Source: Isurus oxyrinchus | Lineage: Eukaryota | DNA length: 64,000 nucleotides | Direction: 5' to 3' | Assembly (NCBI GenBank): GCA_026770705.1 | Contig: JANJGN010000017.1 | Coordinates: 34,286,001 to 34,350,000 of the forward strand | In this document: positions 1 to 11,478 of the stretch, one piece after another | Numbering within the stretch: the first letter of the stretch is position 1 | Layout: every line of letters begins with the position of its first letter | Translations under genes and position numbers: made by a program | Notes under the pieces: generated by a model | What the model saw: the letters and a program-made list of their open reading frames with translations, nothing else | What the model was told of the DNA's origin: nothing | Databases searched by the model: none

Positions 1-255
1 CACACTGTCTGATCCACAGCAGGCAGTGGCAGGGCCTTCCCAGGTTTCTGACACTGGAGGCCAGAAACCTGCTGCGTCCGAGTCAGGTTATGAGACTCTG
101 GACTCGGTCATGTCACAGTTGCCAGAGCTACAAAGACAACCTCGGGTACGTCAGGAAGGGATGTCCACTACACTCCTCAGATTGCAAGGCACAATGGAGG
201 AGTCCGTCCACTTTCAGTCTGAAGTGATAGCGCCAGAAGGGATCAGGTGCTGAAG
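1..255 (+). mobile_element. Fragment of an interspersed repeat coding region, probably the downstream part of the Harbinger Myb-like gene
   Basis: GC-rich ORF remnant (GGQKPAASES...SQLPELQRQ...LLRLQGTMEESV) next to the Myb-like fragment. The family link is from recall and adjacency. Confidence 0.35.
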
Positions 256-319
256 GCTGACAAAGGACCAGGTGCATTTAAAGATTCACAGCTGTGTGAA
301 AGTTCACCGATGAGGTCTC

Positions 320-799
320 GCCTAGTTCACTGTCTTCTTTTGCAAGGCATTGGCTCTAACCACCGCTGCCACTGCATCCCATGCTGGATTGATGACATTG
401 CTTGATGGTCTTCATGCAGAGCGGGGCTAGAGGACTTCACAGCATTCAGTTGGCACCCAAGGGAGGTGACACTAAATTTGGGGGTAGCATATTTCCTGCC
501 TTTGGGAGCCATGACTATCCAGCAGCTTCCAATCCTTTAGAGAGTGCTAGCTTTGTGCAGGGGCGCCCTTTAAATATGGAACCAAGATTAGTGAAGGTCT
601 GACACAACCGCGGGGCAGACAAATCTGAAGCCGCCCCACCAGTGATCCAGTGTGTTTCCCGGGAATGCATTATTAATGAGGTGGGACGTATGAGAATGGA
701 AAGATACAGCACGAAAAGCTGCCAATGCAGCTGGCGAGTAAAATGTCCTTTTTCCGGCCTGCTACCACAATTTGTGCAAATCTGGGACAATTCCATCCA
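320..799 (-). mobile_element. PIF/Harbinger-like DNA transposon end with a decayed Myb/SANT-like ORF
   Basis: The reverse complement of 730-799 (ggaattgtcccagatttgcacaaattgtggtagc) matches the terminus at 42695 onward. MAPKGRKYATPKFSVTSLGCQLNAV aligns with LAPKAKKSAALHISDASPGCLLGAV at ~42960. Confidence 0.7.
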
Positions 800-1016
800 T
801 AGAAATCAGAAAAGTCCCAGCCTTGACCTGTGATCCACACTGGATTCGTTAATCTCACTAAGGGCAAAGACCAGGGCACTATTAATGGTCTCACACTCCG
901 ATCAAGAAAGGCAAACCAGTACACAATGACTTCTGGAAAGTTCACCGATGAGGTCAGGCTCAGCTATGATGGCATTCACACTTGAACAGTTTGTTGATGC
1001 TCAGCGGGGCCACTCA

Positions 1017-2578
1017 AAGAACATTAGAACAGAAGAAATGGGATAGAAGTAGACCATGTGACCCCTCGAGTCTGTTCTGCCAATGAATAAGATTGTGGTT
1101 GATCTGATTGTGGCCTTAACACCACTTTCCTGTCTGTCCCTATAATCTTTGAGCCCCTTGTAGATTAAAAATCTGTTTAACTCAGTTTTGAATATATTCA
1201 ATGACCAAACCTTCACTGCTGTCTGGCTTAGAGAATTCCAAAGATTAACACCCTCTGAGAGAAGAAATTCTTCTTCATCCCCATATTAAATGGGAAACCC
1301 TTTATCCTAAAACTGTGTGCCCAATGGGAAACTTCCTCTCAGCACTTAACCTGTCGAACCACCTCAAAATCTTGCATGTTTTAATAAGATCACCTCTCAT
1401 TCTTCTAAACTCCAATGAGTATAGGCCCAATCTACTCAACTTTGTTCATAAGACAACCCCTTCATCCCTGGAATCAACCTACTGAACCTTCTCTGAACTG
1501 CCTCCAGTGCAAACATATCCCTCCTTAACTAAGGAGACCAAAACTGTGGTTTCACCAATGCCCGGTACAGTTGTGGCAAGACTTCCCTACTTTTATATTC
1601 CATCCTCCTTGCAATAATGGCCAACATTCCACTTGCCTTCCTAATTACTTGCTGTACCTCAAAGCTATCTGCTTGTGATTCATGTACACTCAGATCTCTT
1701 TATATCACAGCATTCTTCGGTTTCTCTCCATTTAAATAATATTCTGCTTTTCTATTCTTCCCACCAAAGTGGACAACCTCACGCTTTCCCACGTTATACT
1801 CCACCAATTATTTGCTCATTCGCTTAACCTTTCTATATATCCTTTTGCCCTCCTCACAAATTTGTTTTCCTACCTATCTTGGCACCATCAGCAAATTCAA
1901 CTACAATACATTCCTTCATTTCTTCCAAGTCATTAATGTATATTTTAAATACCTGACGCCCCAGCACTGATCCCTGTGGCACTCCCCTAGTTACAGTTTA
2001 TCAACCTGAAAAAGACCCATTTATCCTGACTTTCTGTTCCCTGTTAGCTAGCCAATCCTTTATCCTTTATCCATACCCCCAGTTGTGAGGTAACCTTTCA
2101 TGCGGCAATTTATCGACTACCTTTTGGAAATCCAAAGACACTATATCTACTGGTTTCCCTTTATCCGTCTTACTTGTTGCATTCTTAAAAAGCTCTAACA
2201 ATTTACCAAATATGATTTCTCTTTCATAGAGCCATGTTGATTCTGCTTGATTATGTAATGATTTTCTACTATTCTTTAATAATGGATTCTAACATTTTCC
2301 CAATGACATTGTTAGGCTAACTGGCCTATAGTTTCCTGATTTCTATCTCCCTCCTTACTTGAATTGACATGCTATATTTGTCATTTCCAATCCATTGGGA
2401 TCTTTCCAGAATCTGAGGAATTTTGGAAGATTAAACCAATGAACCACTACCTCTGCAGCCACTTCTTTTAAGCCCCTCATACACAGGCCATCAGGTCCAG
2501 TCGACTTGTCAGCCTTTAGTCCCTTTAATTTTCCAAGCACTTTTTCTGTAGTGATAGAGATCATTTTAAGTTCCTTCC
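1017..2578 (-). mobile_element. CR1-type LINE, 5'-truncated and decayed
   Basis: Minus-strand ORF2 remnants (LKGLKADKSTGPDG; NIFKTELNRFL..KGLKDY) and a CR1-type 3' UTR ending near 1017; homologous to the + strand copy at 5930-7345. Confidence 0.9.
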
Positions 2579-2581
2579 TAC

Positions 2582-2762
2582 TATGTTTTATGCGCCAGAG
2601 ATATGTGGAGATCATACACTGGTTTCTATGTGTGGAGGAGCTTTATTCAATACTTTTTAAATGCCTGCCCTCTCCTGCTTCCCGCCACTTCCCTACAGTT
2701 TAGTTTCTTTTTCTCAGAAACCGCACACCGACTTAACTAATCATATACAGCGATCAATCACC
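2582..2762 (-). repeat. Gypsy LTR copy A (3' LTR, partial)
   Basis: Direct-repeat similarity to 5730-5781, 5899-5930 and 7350-7440, e.g. cctacagtttagtttctttttctcag...cttaactaatcatatacag vs cctacagtgtagtttctttttcccag...cttaactaatcatacacag. Confidence 0.75.
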
Positions 2763-2764
2763 AG

Positions 2765-3058
2765 TTAATGGTGAAGTAGTGAAATAATCTCACGTTCCAG
2801 AGGCCAAGACTAATGCTCTGGGAGCATGGATTCAAATACCACCATGGCAGCTGGTCAAATTTAAATGCAGTTAATAAAAATCTGGAATTGAAAGCTAGCC
2901 TCAGTATTGGTGACCATGAAACTATCATTGTTATAAAAACCCATCTGGTTCACTCATGTCCTTTAGAGAAGGAAGTCTGACATCCCTACCCGGTCTAGCC
3001 TACATGTGACTCCAGGCCCACAGCAATATGATTGACTCCTAACTGCTCCCTGAAGTGG
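2765..3058 (+). mobile_element. tRNA-derived SINE of the type abundant in sharks
   Basis: B-box-like ggattcaaatacc at ~2828 and the characteristic body (catctggttcactcatgtcctttagagaaggaag...cctacatgtgactccag). Confidence 0.7.
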
Positions 3059-4481
3059 TTTCTTTGCCTTTAACATGTCAAATGCTGTTTGCTTTGTGAT
3101 TGTCCATTCCTGTTGTGCACCTTTGCGCAGTAGCTTCCGAAGACGCTCCACAATCTCCGCGTACTCAGGAATGGATTTATGATAAAAGTTGGTAGCACCG
3201 AGGATAGGTGTGAACTCTTTTACATTGGACAGGGTTGGAAACAGATAAGTGGCTTTGATGTTGGCGTGTGTAAGATTTACTCCAGCTGCTGTCACTCTAT
3301 ACCCTAGAAAGTCAATCTTGGGTCCCACAAATGTGCATTTGTCCTTTCTGAGCATCAAATTGTTTTGTGTGAGACAAGTGAGCACCGTTAACAACCATTG
3401 ATTGTATTCTGCTTTGACCCTTCCATGGATAACAAAATCATCAAGTAGGTTGAGCATCCCTTCAACGTCTGACAACATCAATGAAACAATCTTCTGGAAT
3501 GTGCGAGGTGCTGAGCTTAGTCCATAGGGAGCATTCTCCGGTACTGAAACACACGTTCATGAGTATCAAAAGCTGTAAGGTACCAGCCTTTGCTCTGCCA
3601 GTGGTAGCTGGATCTCTGCCACATATCAAGCTTTGTGAAGGCTAGAGTCATGAAATGATGTCGATTGTTTTTGGATCATAGGAAGTGGATACTTGTCCAG
3701 AATGGCAGCTTTGTTGACCTCATTAACGCATAGTCTAAATTCACAATTTTTGCTTTGTGCAATGACTAGGTTTGATATTCAAAGCGATGAGTTGATTCGC
3801 TCAATGATACCATGTGCTTCAAGTCGTTTCAGGTCCTTTGACACCAGCGTGTATTGCAAATGGCAACGGACTCAAATTTTGCAAAACTGGTGGAATTGAC
3901 GCGAGGAGCATGACAGTCCCCCTTAACCTCCCCAAACTCAATGAATAAGGAAGGATAATGTTGTGTGAAGTCTGTGTCACTGATCATGTCAATGTGTGCT
4001 TCAGTGGGGTCTTCGAGTTTGATGCCTAGCATATTGAAAAGGTTTACCCCATAAGACTTCTGCTGCTGGCTATGTAGAACATAATCTTGTCACGGTTGAC
4101 ATATTTACAGCACTCTGGAACTGTGATCATTCTCAAAACTGGAATAATCAAGCCATTATAAAATTGAAGAGTGTCTGTTGCAGGAGTTAGAGAAAGTTGC
4201 GGGAAAATACTGATAGTGAAGTTTGTTGCTCAAAATAGACACTTTCCCACCCACATTGATGAAAAGTGACACTGAGATGCCTGTGATCTCAACTGAGCAG
4301 CTCTTAAAATGACCTAGTGCTTTACCCTTCATGACAGTCTACACATGCTGTACCTCACTCTCAGCAGAAGCCTCCTCCATATATCGACCTAATAAAGTCT
4401 TCTAGTTCTTCCACCTGCACACCTTTGACAAGTATTTCCGCAATAACCAAGAGTTACACATTTTCCCTCAAGCTAGACACG

Positions 4482-4622
4482 AGGCAGAATTTCCACCCCC
4501 CCCCATCCCCAAACCCCCCACCTCCAGGAGGATCATCCGGCCCTCCGAAGCCAATGGACATTTAAACAGCTCACTGCATTTACAATCCCACCCCTGCCAC
4601 AAGGGGCCATAAAATTCCACCC
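4482..4622. mobile_element. Short MITE nested in the Gypsy gag region
   Basis: Imperfect TIRs ggcagaatt...aattccaccc; related in opposite orientation to 5782-5898. Confidence 0.6.
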
Positions 4623-5282
4623 AATATGTTGTGAATCGATGAGTACTTCCACAATTTGGACACATGTTTGAAAATATCGATCATGATGGGGCACATGCTG
4701 ATGAGACTGCTGAGGTCACTTTGTCCATAACCCTTGCACTTTTGTTGTTTGGACAGGCCGTGTCTGCAGCCCTGAGACCGAAGGTCTGTGTAACCTCTTC
4801 AAATCTAACATGACAGATTTAATTAAGACTACCAAGGGCATGGCTTTTCCCAAGGTTAAATCATCATCCTCCATGAGGACACATTCCCTAATTCGTGGAA
4901 TTGAAGTTTTTTCAATTAATTGGTTATGAATTGGTTAATGTGCCAAATTTACATCTACAAGCCAATTGCCGCAGTGCTGTCACATATTGTTTTATGGGCT
5001 CACCATTTCCCTAGCACCTCTGATGGAATGCATAAAATTTGATCATCACCTTTTTCTTTGGCATCAAGTATTTTTCGAGAGCACTTACTACTTGTCTTCT
5101 GTGAACTGCTCAAATATTTGCTGACCTTCTGCTCCAAGGCAGTGTACGAGGATCATCTTCTTGTGGGTTGCTGCTACATCCAGACTGTCCATCCCTGTAG
5201 CGAGCAAGTTAGTCTTGAACCTTAAAATCCATCAGTCCCATGGCATGGGTGGATCTGTCAATAAAGAAAGGAATGATGCTAA

Positions 5283-5679
5283 TAGGGTGACCAACTCTCA
5301 GGGAATAAATTAAGGGACAGCTAGGAGGATGCGAGCAGTGTTACCGGACCTTTGAGAGCAGGGAGGAAGGGGCTGGGGGTGCTGGTGAACCTCTGAGAGC
5401 TGTTGAGGGAAAGGTGCTGGTGAGCAATAAGGTGGGTACTGGCAAACCAGTAAGGGAGGGGTTGGCAAATCTTGAAGGGGGGTTGCTGCTGAATCTGTGA
5501 GGGGATTGGTGGCTAACCAGTGAGAGCAGATTGCCAAGAGGTGCATCCAGCACATGCATGAGGTTAAAATATCGCAATTATGGGGCAAACAGTATCCGGA
5601 ATGAAGGCAACCTGGACCATGGGACAAGCGCCTCAAATTCAGGATGGTCTCAGAAAACCTGGGATAGTTGGTCATTCTG
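5283..5679. mobile_element. Non-autonomous hAT (Blackjack-like) element nested in the Gypsy gag region
   Basis: TIRs TAGGGTGACCAACT / AGTTGGTCATTCTG; degenerate 8-bp TSD gatgctaa / ggtgctgg; gag reading continues across it. Confidence 0.65.
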
Positions 5680-5781
5680 GGTGCTGGAGCCAGTAATTTA
5701 AACTTTTCTCCATCAGCCTCATTGCCAGCTGTTGTGCTTTATGCCTTTGTGATATGTGTAGAGATGATACACCAGTTTCAA

Positions 5782-5898
5782 TGGCAGAATTTTATGGCCT
5801 AGTCACAGCAGGGGTGGGGCTATGAAATGTAGCAAGTCTTCAAAAGTCCATTGACTTCTGCAGGATGGTAAAATCCCACTGGTATGACATTCCGCCCC
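5782..5898. mobile_element. Short MITE inside LTR copy B
   Basis: ggcagaattttatggcc...cattccgcccc; same family as 4482-4622 and absent from LTR copy A. Confidence 0.6.
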
Positions 5899-5929
5899 AT
5901 GTATGCAGGAGCATTACTTTTTGCTTTTT

Positions 5930-7345
5930 AAAAAGGGAGGTAGAGAGAAAACAGGGAATTATAGACCAGTCAGCCTGATGTCAGTAGTGGGCAAAATTCT
6001 AGAGTCCATTATAAAAGATTTAATAGCTGAGCACTTGGAAAACTGTGGCAGAATCGGACAAAAGGGAAATCATGCTTGACAAATCTACTGAAATTTTTTG
6101 AGGAAGTAACTAGTAGAGTTGATGAGGGGGAGCCAGTTATTTGGACTTTCAGAAGGCTTTCAAAAAAGTCCCTCATAAGATATTAGTGTGTAAAATTAAA
6201 GCACACGGGATTGGGGGTAGTGTATTGAGATGGATAGAAAAGGTTGGCAGGCAGGAAACAAAGAGTAGGAATAAACAGGTCTTTTTCCGAATGGCAGGCA
6301 GTGGCTAGTGGTGTACCGCAGGGATCGGTGCTGGGACCTCAGCTATTCACAATATTTATTAATGATTTAGATGAGGGAGCTAAATGTAACATCTCCAAGT
6401 TTGCAGGTGATACAAAGCTGGGTGGGAGGGTGAGCTATGAGGAGGATGCAGAGATGCTTCTGTGTGATTTGGACAAGCTGAGTGAGTGGGCAAATGCATG
6501 GCAGATGCAGTATATTGTGGATAAATGTGGATAAATGTGAGGTTATCCATTTTGGTAGCAAAAACAGGAAGGCAGATTATTATCTGAATGGCTATAAATT
6601 GAGAGAGGGAAATGTGCATCAAGACCTGGGTGTCCTTGTACACCAGTCGCTGAAGGTAAGCATGCAGGTGCAGCAGGTGGTAAAGAAGGCAAAAGGTATA
6701 TTGGCCTTCATAGCAAAAGGATTCGAGTACAGGAGGAGGGATGTCTTGCTACAATTGTACAGGGCCTTGGTGAGACCACACCTGGAATATTGTGTGCAGT
6801 TTTAGTCCCCTTATCTGAGGAAGGATGTTCTTGCTATAGAGGGAGTGCAGCGATGGTTTACCAGACTGATTCCTGGGACGGCGGGACTGATATATGAGGA
6901 GACATTGAGTCAGTTAGGATTATATTCGCTGGAGTTCAGAAGGATGAGGGGGGAAATCTCATAGAAACCTATAAAATTCTAACAGGACTAGACATGGCAG
7001 AGGCAGGGAGGATACTCCCAATAGTGGGAGAGTCCAGAACCAGGGGTCACAGTCTGAGGATACGGGGTAGACCATTTAGGACTGAGATGAGGAGAAGTTT
7101 CTTCACCCAGAGAGCGGTGAGCCTGTGGAATTCGTTACCACAGAAAGTAGCTGAGGCCAAAACATTGTATGTTTTCAAGAAGGAGTTAGATATAGCTCTT
7201 GGGGCGAAAGGGATCAAAGGGTATGGGGAGAAAGCGGGAGCAGGCTATTGAGTTGGATGATTAGCCATGATCATAATGAATGGCGGAGCAGGCTCAAAGG
7301 GCCAAATGGCCTACTCCTGCTCCTATTTTCTATGTTTCTATGTTT
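5930..7345 (+). mobile_element. CR1 LINE 3' portion (RT domain and 3' UTR), relatively young
   Basis: SGVPQGSVLGPQLFTIFINDLD, SKFAGDTKLGG, LYRALVRPHLEYCVQF, SRTRGHSLRIRG; ends in (TTCTATGT)n; a 10-bp tandem duplication at ~6517-6540 causes a frameshift. Confidence 0.95.
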
Positions 7346-8035
7346 TTCTTATGTCTGCTCTCTCATGTTTCCAGCTACTTGCCTACAGTGTAGTTTCTTT
7401 TTCCCAGTAATTACACTCAGGCTTAACTAATCATACACAGGGAGAAACAACACACACACATAATCAAACACTGACCAATTGAACACTACACTCCCTCCTT
7501 TTTATAGGCACTGGTGACCCAGTTGTCTTTGTCGTGAAGATATTCCCTACCGTGCATGGCACTCGTGACCAACATACCCTCAAATTTTCTTTGGAGGTCC
7601 TGACCTTTCAATGTGTAGGGCCTTTAAATTTTATACGTGGCCACACACAACCAGTAATTTATAGAGGTGTCTGTGGCCTGTATGTGAACTTTGGTAGTGG
7701 CTGCCTGTCTTTTTGGGAATTATTGTTCATGGCCGCAGTTGCTACTAAGGAAACAACTTGGATGCCTACTTCGATCCTGAGCCCTGTGCTGTGGTATACT
7801 GTACTGTGCTTCAGGGTTGAAGGAGCAGGGAGGGAAGATAACCTCTAGAAAGGATAGAGTAATATTCCTTGCCTCGTACTGCAATGGGGACAGTTTATTC
7901 TTTTCTAAGTATACATACTTTAAAGCTTTGGGGTTCATATCATGATCCCTACCCTGACACATGCTGGTGCCAATACCTGCCATTCAGCAGACTGGTCTCC
8001 CCATGCCACCAATGATACACCAAATGACAGGGATT

Positions 8036-8272
8036 TTTTTCTATATTCCTTCACGGGATGTGGGTGTCACTGGTTAGTCCAGCATTTATTGCCCATCTCT
8101 AATTGCCCTTGAGAAGGTGTTGGTGAACCACCTCCTTAAAATGCTGGAGTCCATGTGGTGTAGGTACACCCATAGTACTGTTAGGAAGGGAGTTCCAGGG
8201 TTTTGAGCCAATGACAGTGAAGGAACAGCGATATATTTCCAGTTCAGCATGGTGTGTGGCTTGGCAGAGAGC
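8036..8272 (-). mobile_element. 3' end of a second CR1/L2-group LINE family
   Basis: gggatgtgggtgtcactgg...catttattgcccatctctaattgcccttgagaaggtg; related copies at 11340-11478 (-) and 12322-12420 (+). Confidence 0.7.
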
Positions 8273-9165
8273 ATGAGATATAGGAACTCTTGACGTTGGA
8301 TGCCCCCAGCCCTTAAAGGCCCCACAGGATCCCTGATGTAAGGCCAGATTCTGGTGTATCCAGATACTGATCTAATTTGTAGTCCTTGTGGCCCACTCCC
8401 ACTGAAGTTAGAATGGAAGTGAACAGAGAAGGGTGGAAAATTATCAGACCCATATTTCCAATTCATACCTAGGCTGCCTGCAAAAATCGGAGTCCACAGG
8501 CTAGAATGAAGGGCAAGAGCCAAAGAGAGAAAACTGGATAAGAAAACAGAAAAGGGGGAACTTGCACCAAAAAAATATATATTGCATTGAAACGTTTTTC
8601 TGTCTTTGCTAAGAGCAAGAAACAGAAAGGGAATGTGATCCATGTAGGCAGGGTTCACCGTGGACTGATGTTATTTTGGCTTGTTGATAAACATATATAT
8701 AAGTATACATATATGCCCTTAAACAACAAAATGATTTTCACTGAATTACCTTGCACTGTAACATTGAGTTTTATATTGCTTTGAGCTTAATAGTTCCCAA
8801 GCCAAGGATTTGAATCTCAGGAGTTATTGCACAAAAAAGTAGCTGTTGTGTCTTTCTATGATTGACTTGCACAAATATTGCACAAGTTCATTGTACAGCA
8901 GGTTTTGAGACTAGGCATCTAGGTGTCACTTTATGTTTTGGCAATGGAAATTATAACTAGTTCAAACTAAATTCCAGTAGATGGCAGTCTCTCTGAATTT
9001 AAGTGATGTTCATTTATTATGCATGTGATTTTTCATCATTTTATCAATTACAGTAAATCTTTAGGTTACTTGCCAATTAAAAGCTAATGACATTTAAACT
9101 CTTAGAACCAATTTTTTCTAGCTATCAGGGAACCGTGAGAGGTTAATTTTCCCCAACTACACATA

Positions 9166-9452
9166 GGGTAGAATTTTACGCTCAGCATGCGGGCATGCGC
9201 CCCACATACCCGAGGTTAAAATTACGCATGATGACAACAGGCATGCGTCCCAACGTCATTGCACACTCGCGTGGTATTTCATTCAGCGGGCACAGGCCAG
9301 AGTCAGCTGCGTGCCCACTGATAATTAAAAAGCCTATTAAGGCCAATAACAAGCTAATTAAATTCAAAGTTACACTGCCCGTCCAAGCTTGCGGTGGGTG
9401 GACAGGCGCAAAAGCCAAGAGGCCTTTATATTTTTTAGGAAACCTCACTCAC
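9166..9452. mobile_element. GC-rich non-autonomous DNA transposon, left part
   Basis: Starts GGGTAGAATTTT, the same terminus class as the other MITEs here; GC-rich against an AT-rich background. Confidence 0.55.
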
Positions 9453-9680
9453 GGGCAGGATTTTGCCCTTGGCAGGGGTGCTCGGCGGGGGTGGCTGGGC
9501 TCTCCCTCCTTCCCCCACCCCGCACTGACAGCACTGCCACTCTCGATCCACGCAAGGCGGACCTTAATTTGCCCACCCGTGTGAAATCTTAGAACGTTGC
9601 CCATCGCGGGCAGCGGTCGGCTGCCCAACTGCCCCCCCCCACCTCCGCTAAGCAGCCCCGCCAAGGGCAAAATCCTGCTC
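9453..9680. mobile_element. MITE with ~25-bp TIRs
   Basis: gggcaggattttgcccttggcagggg at 9453 is nearly the reverse complement of ccccgccaagggcaaaatcctgctc ending at 9680. Confidence 0.75.
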
Positions 9681-11339
9681 ATGGTCTATACAAACAACAT
9701 ATTATTGGTCCTCTATTGATGATAATTGAAATAAGGCTGCATTTTCTGCCAATGCCATGCATGCGGAGTTGTATTGTTTTACTCCATGACAGGATTGCAG
9801 CGATGGAGTAGGCAGAGGCCAGGAGCAGTGATGCTTATCAAATAATTGTTAAAGACAGTGATTTAAAAGCCTCACTTTCAGTGGGGCAGAGTGGAGGATT
9901 GGTGCTAGGAATCGGGAAGGGCAAGCTTCTGATCCACCCAGTGACAGCCCCGACAGTCGAGGTGTGGCATCCCTGCAGTTCCTGAACCTTCCACTCCAGA
10001 GCCTCTTCCTCTTAAGCCAGGCCTGTCGCCAGGTGGAAGCCCCTGCAAAGATGGGACATGGGGGTTGAAATCCAGAATTGCGGCCGCCACCAGGTGGATC
10101 AGAAGCATCCCCTCCCTCCCCATCACAATCCTTGGAAACTTCGGGGAGGGTACACAGGGACATCAGAAACTGGATGAAGAGCTTCAGGATCTGAATAAGA
10201 CCCAACTGACACTGTATCTCCTGCAAATGACATCACTGGTTTTCTATACATACACGGCCAGGAATCGGCGGCCATCTTGCATGACCATCTCGCATTGTTA
10301 GTGGACATAGTGTTGAAATTAAATGAAAATGCTAGAAGATATTGCATTTTGTTTTTGAGTTCTTGCTATGTAATGTATTTATTTTCGTTGATCGTTATGC
10401 ACTTTACTTGCTGAACATGTTTAAATTATTAAATGCTAAAGTTGAAAAGCTCTCCCCACCCAGCAGAACTTAATATTCATTACAGTGTTTCAAGTACTTG
10501 ACAGAAATGTCAAAATCTAGAGCTGAAAATTGTGCTATTTATTTAGTTGCTAGGTAAGCAGCATTTCTCAAGAGTCCTAGCAGTTGAGGAAATAAAAGGG
10601 AGAACCCTTTCATTCATATAACAGCTATGGGAATAAGACAATTCACTTGGTCATTTGCCCAACAGCTTTGCACATAAGATATAATGGTCCCCTTGTTGAC
10701 CCAACACCTGCTGAGTAAATAGTCACTCCCCTCCAAATACAGGAATTTTCACAGAGAACAAAAAAAAAATGACCCAGATGAATGAACTCAGTTTTTCCAA
10801 CTAACTGCTAGAAGTTTTTACTTAGGCTCTGATTTAAATGTGTGATTTTTATCAGGTGTGAAATGTAACAGATATGGGCAAGTATAAAAGTAGGTTTCTG
10901 CAAGTTTAAGCATCTTTAATTAAGATAACATACATTAACCGCACACCAACCGAGATACAAGCGTTTGCTGAATAAGGCATTTTAGTTGCTGCTGCTTTAG
11001 TGAAAAATCAAATATAAATATTATAAATTAATTGTGAAGCAGTTATTTAACTGTAGATGTAATAAGTTACATTGTTTTATCAACAGCTATATTCCAATTG
11101 TAGGTATTGAATACCTCTAAACCATTATTTTATTTTTTAAGTAGAGGCAACTAATTGGCGTTAGGGAATGTTTTGAAATATGACAATGAAAGACATACGT
11201 GCCTCCATAGATGCTCAAATCTGCTACACAATGAGTGTGATAATTAATAGCTGGCATAAAAGGCAGAGCTATTCAGAACATCAATAACATAAGAAAATAA
11301 CATTTTAGGAATAGTAACCTTTTTTTCTACTTTACTGTT

Positions 11340-11478
11340 TTTTTAATTTGTTCATGAGATATAGGCATTGCTGGCAAGGCCAGAATTTATTTTTCATAGC
11401 TATGTGCCCTTGAGAAGGTGGTGGTGAAAGGAGTTTCAGGATTTTGCCCAACAAAAGTGAAGGAACAGCAATATATTG
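11340..11478 (-). mobile_element. LINE 3'-end fragment
   Basis: Similar to 8036-8272 (gcccttgagaaggtggtggtgaa...gtgaaggaacagcaatatatt). Confidence 0.6.

Larger units (their letters stand above)
3059..5729 (-). mobile_element. Gypsy/Ty3 LTR retrotransposon internal region (gag-protease-RT), decayed; RNase H and integrase missing
   Basis: RT motifs LLDDFVIHG...LRKDKCTF...IDFLGYRV (2963-3481 ORF); gag-like DPPMPWD*WILRFK near 5250; CPNCGS knuckle remnant at ~4660; PBS remnant at 5717-5727. Many stops and frameshifts. Confidence 0.9.
5730..7490 (-). repeat. Gypsy LTR copy B (TG...CA), split by a MITE (5782-5898) and a CR1 (5930-7345)
   Basis: Begins TGTTGTG at 5730 and ends ACTACA at 7490; the pieces align co-linearly with LTR copy A. 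Confidence 0.7.

Noticed and set aside
8086-8658. 190-aa minus-strand ORF
   Set aside because: Chimeric read-through from unique sequence into a LINE 3' end; not a gene.
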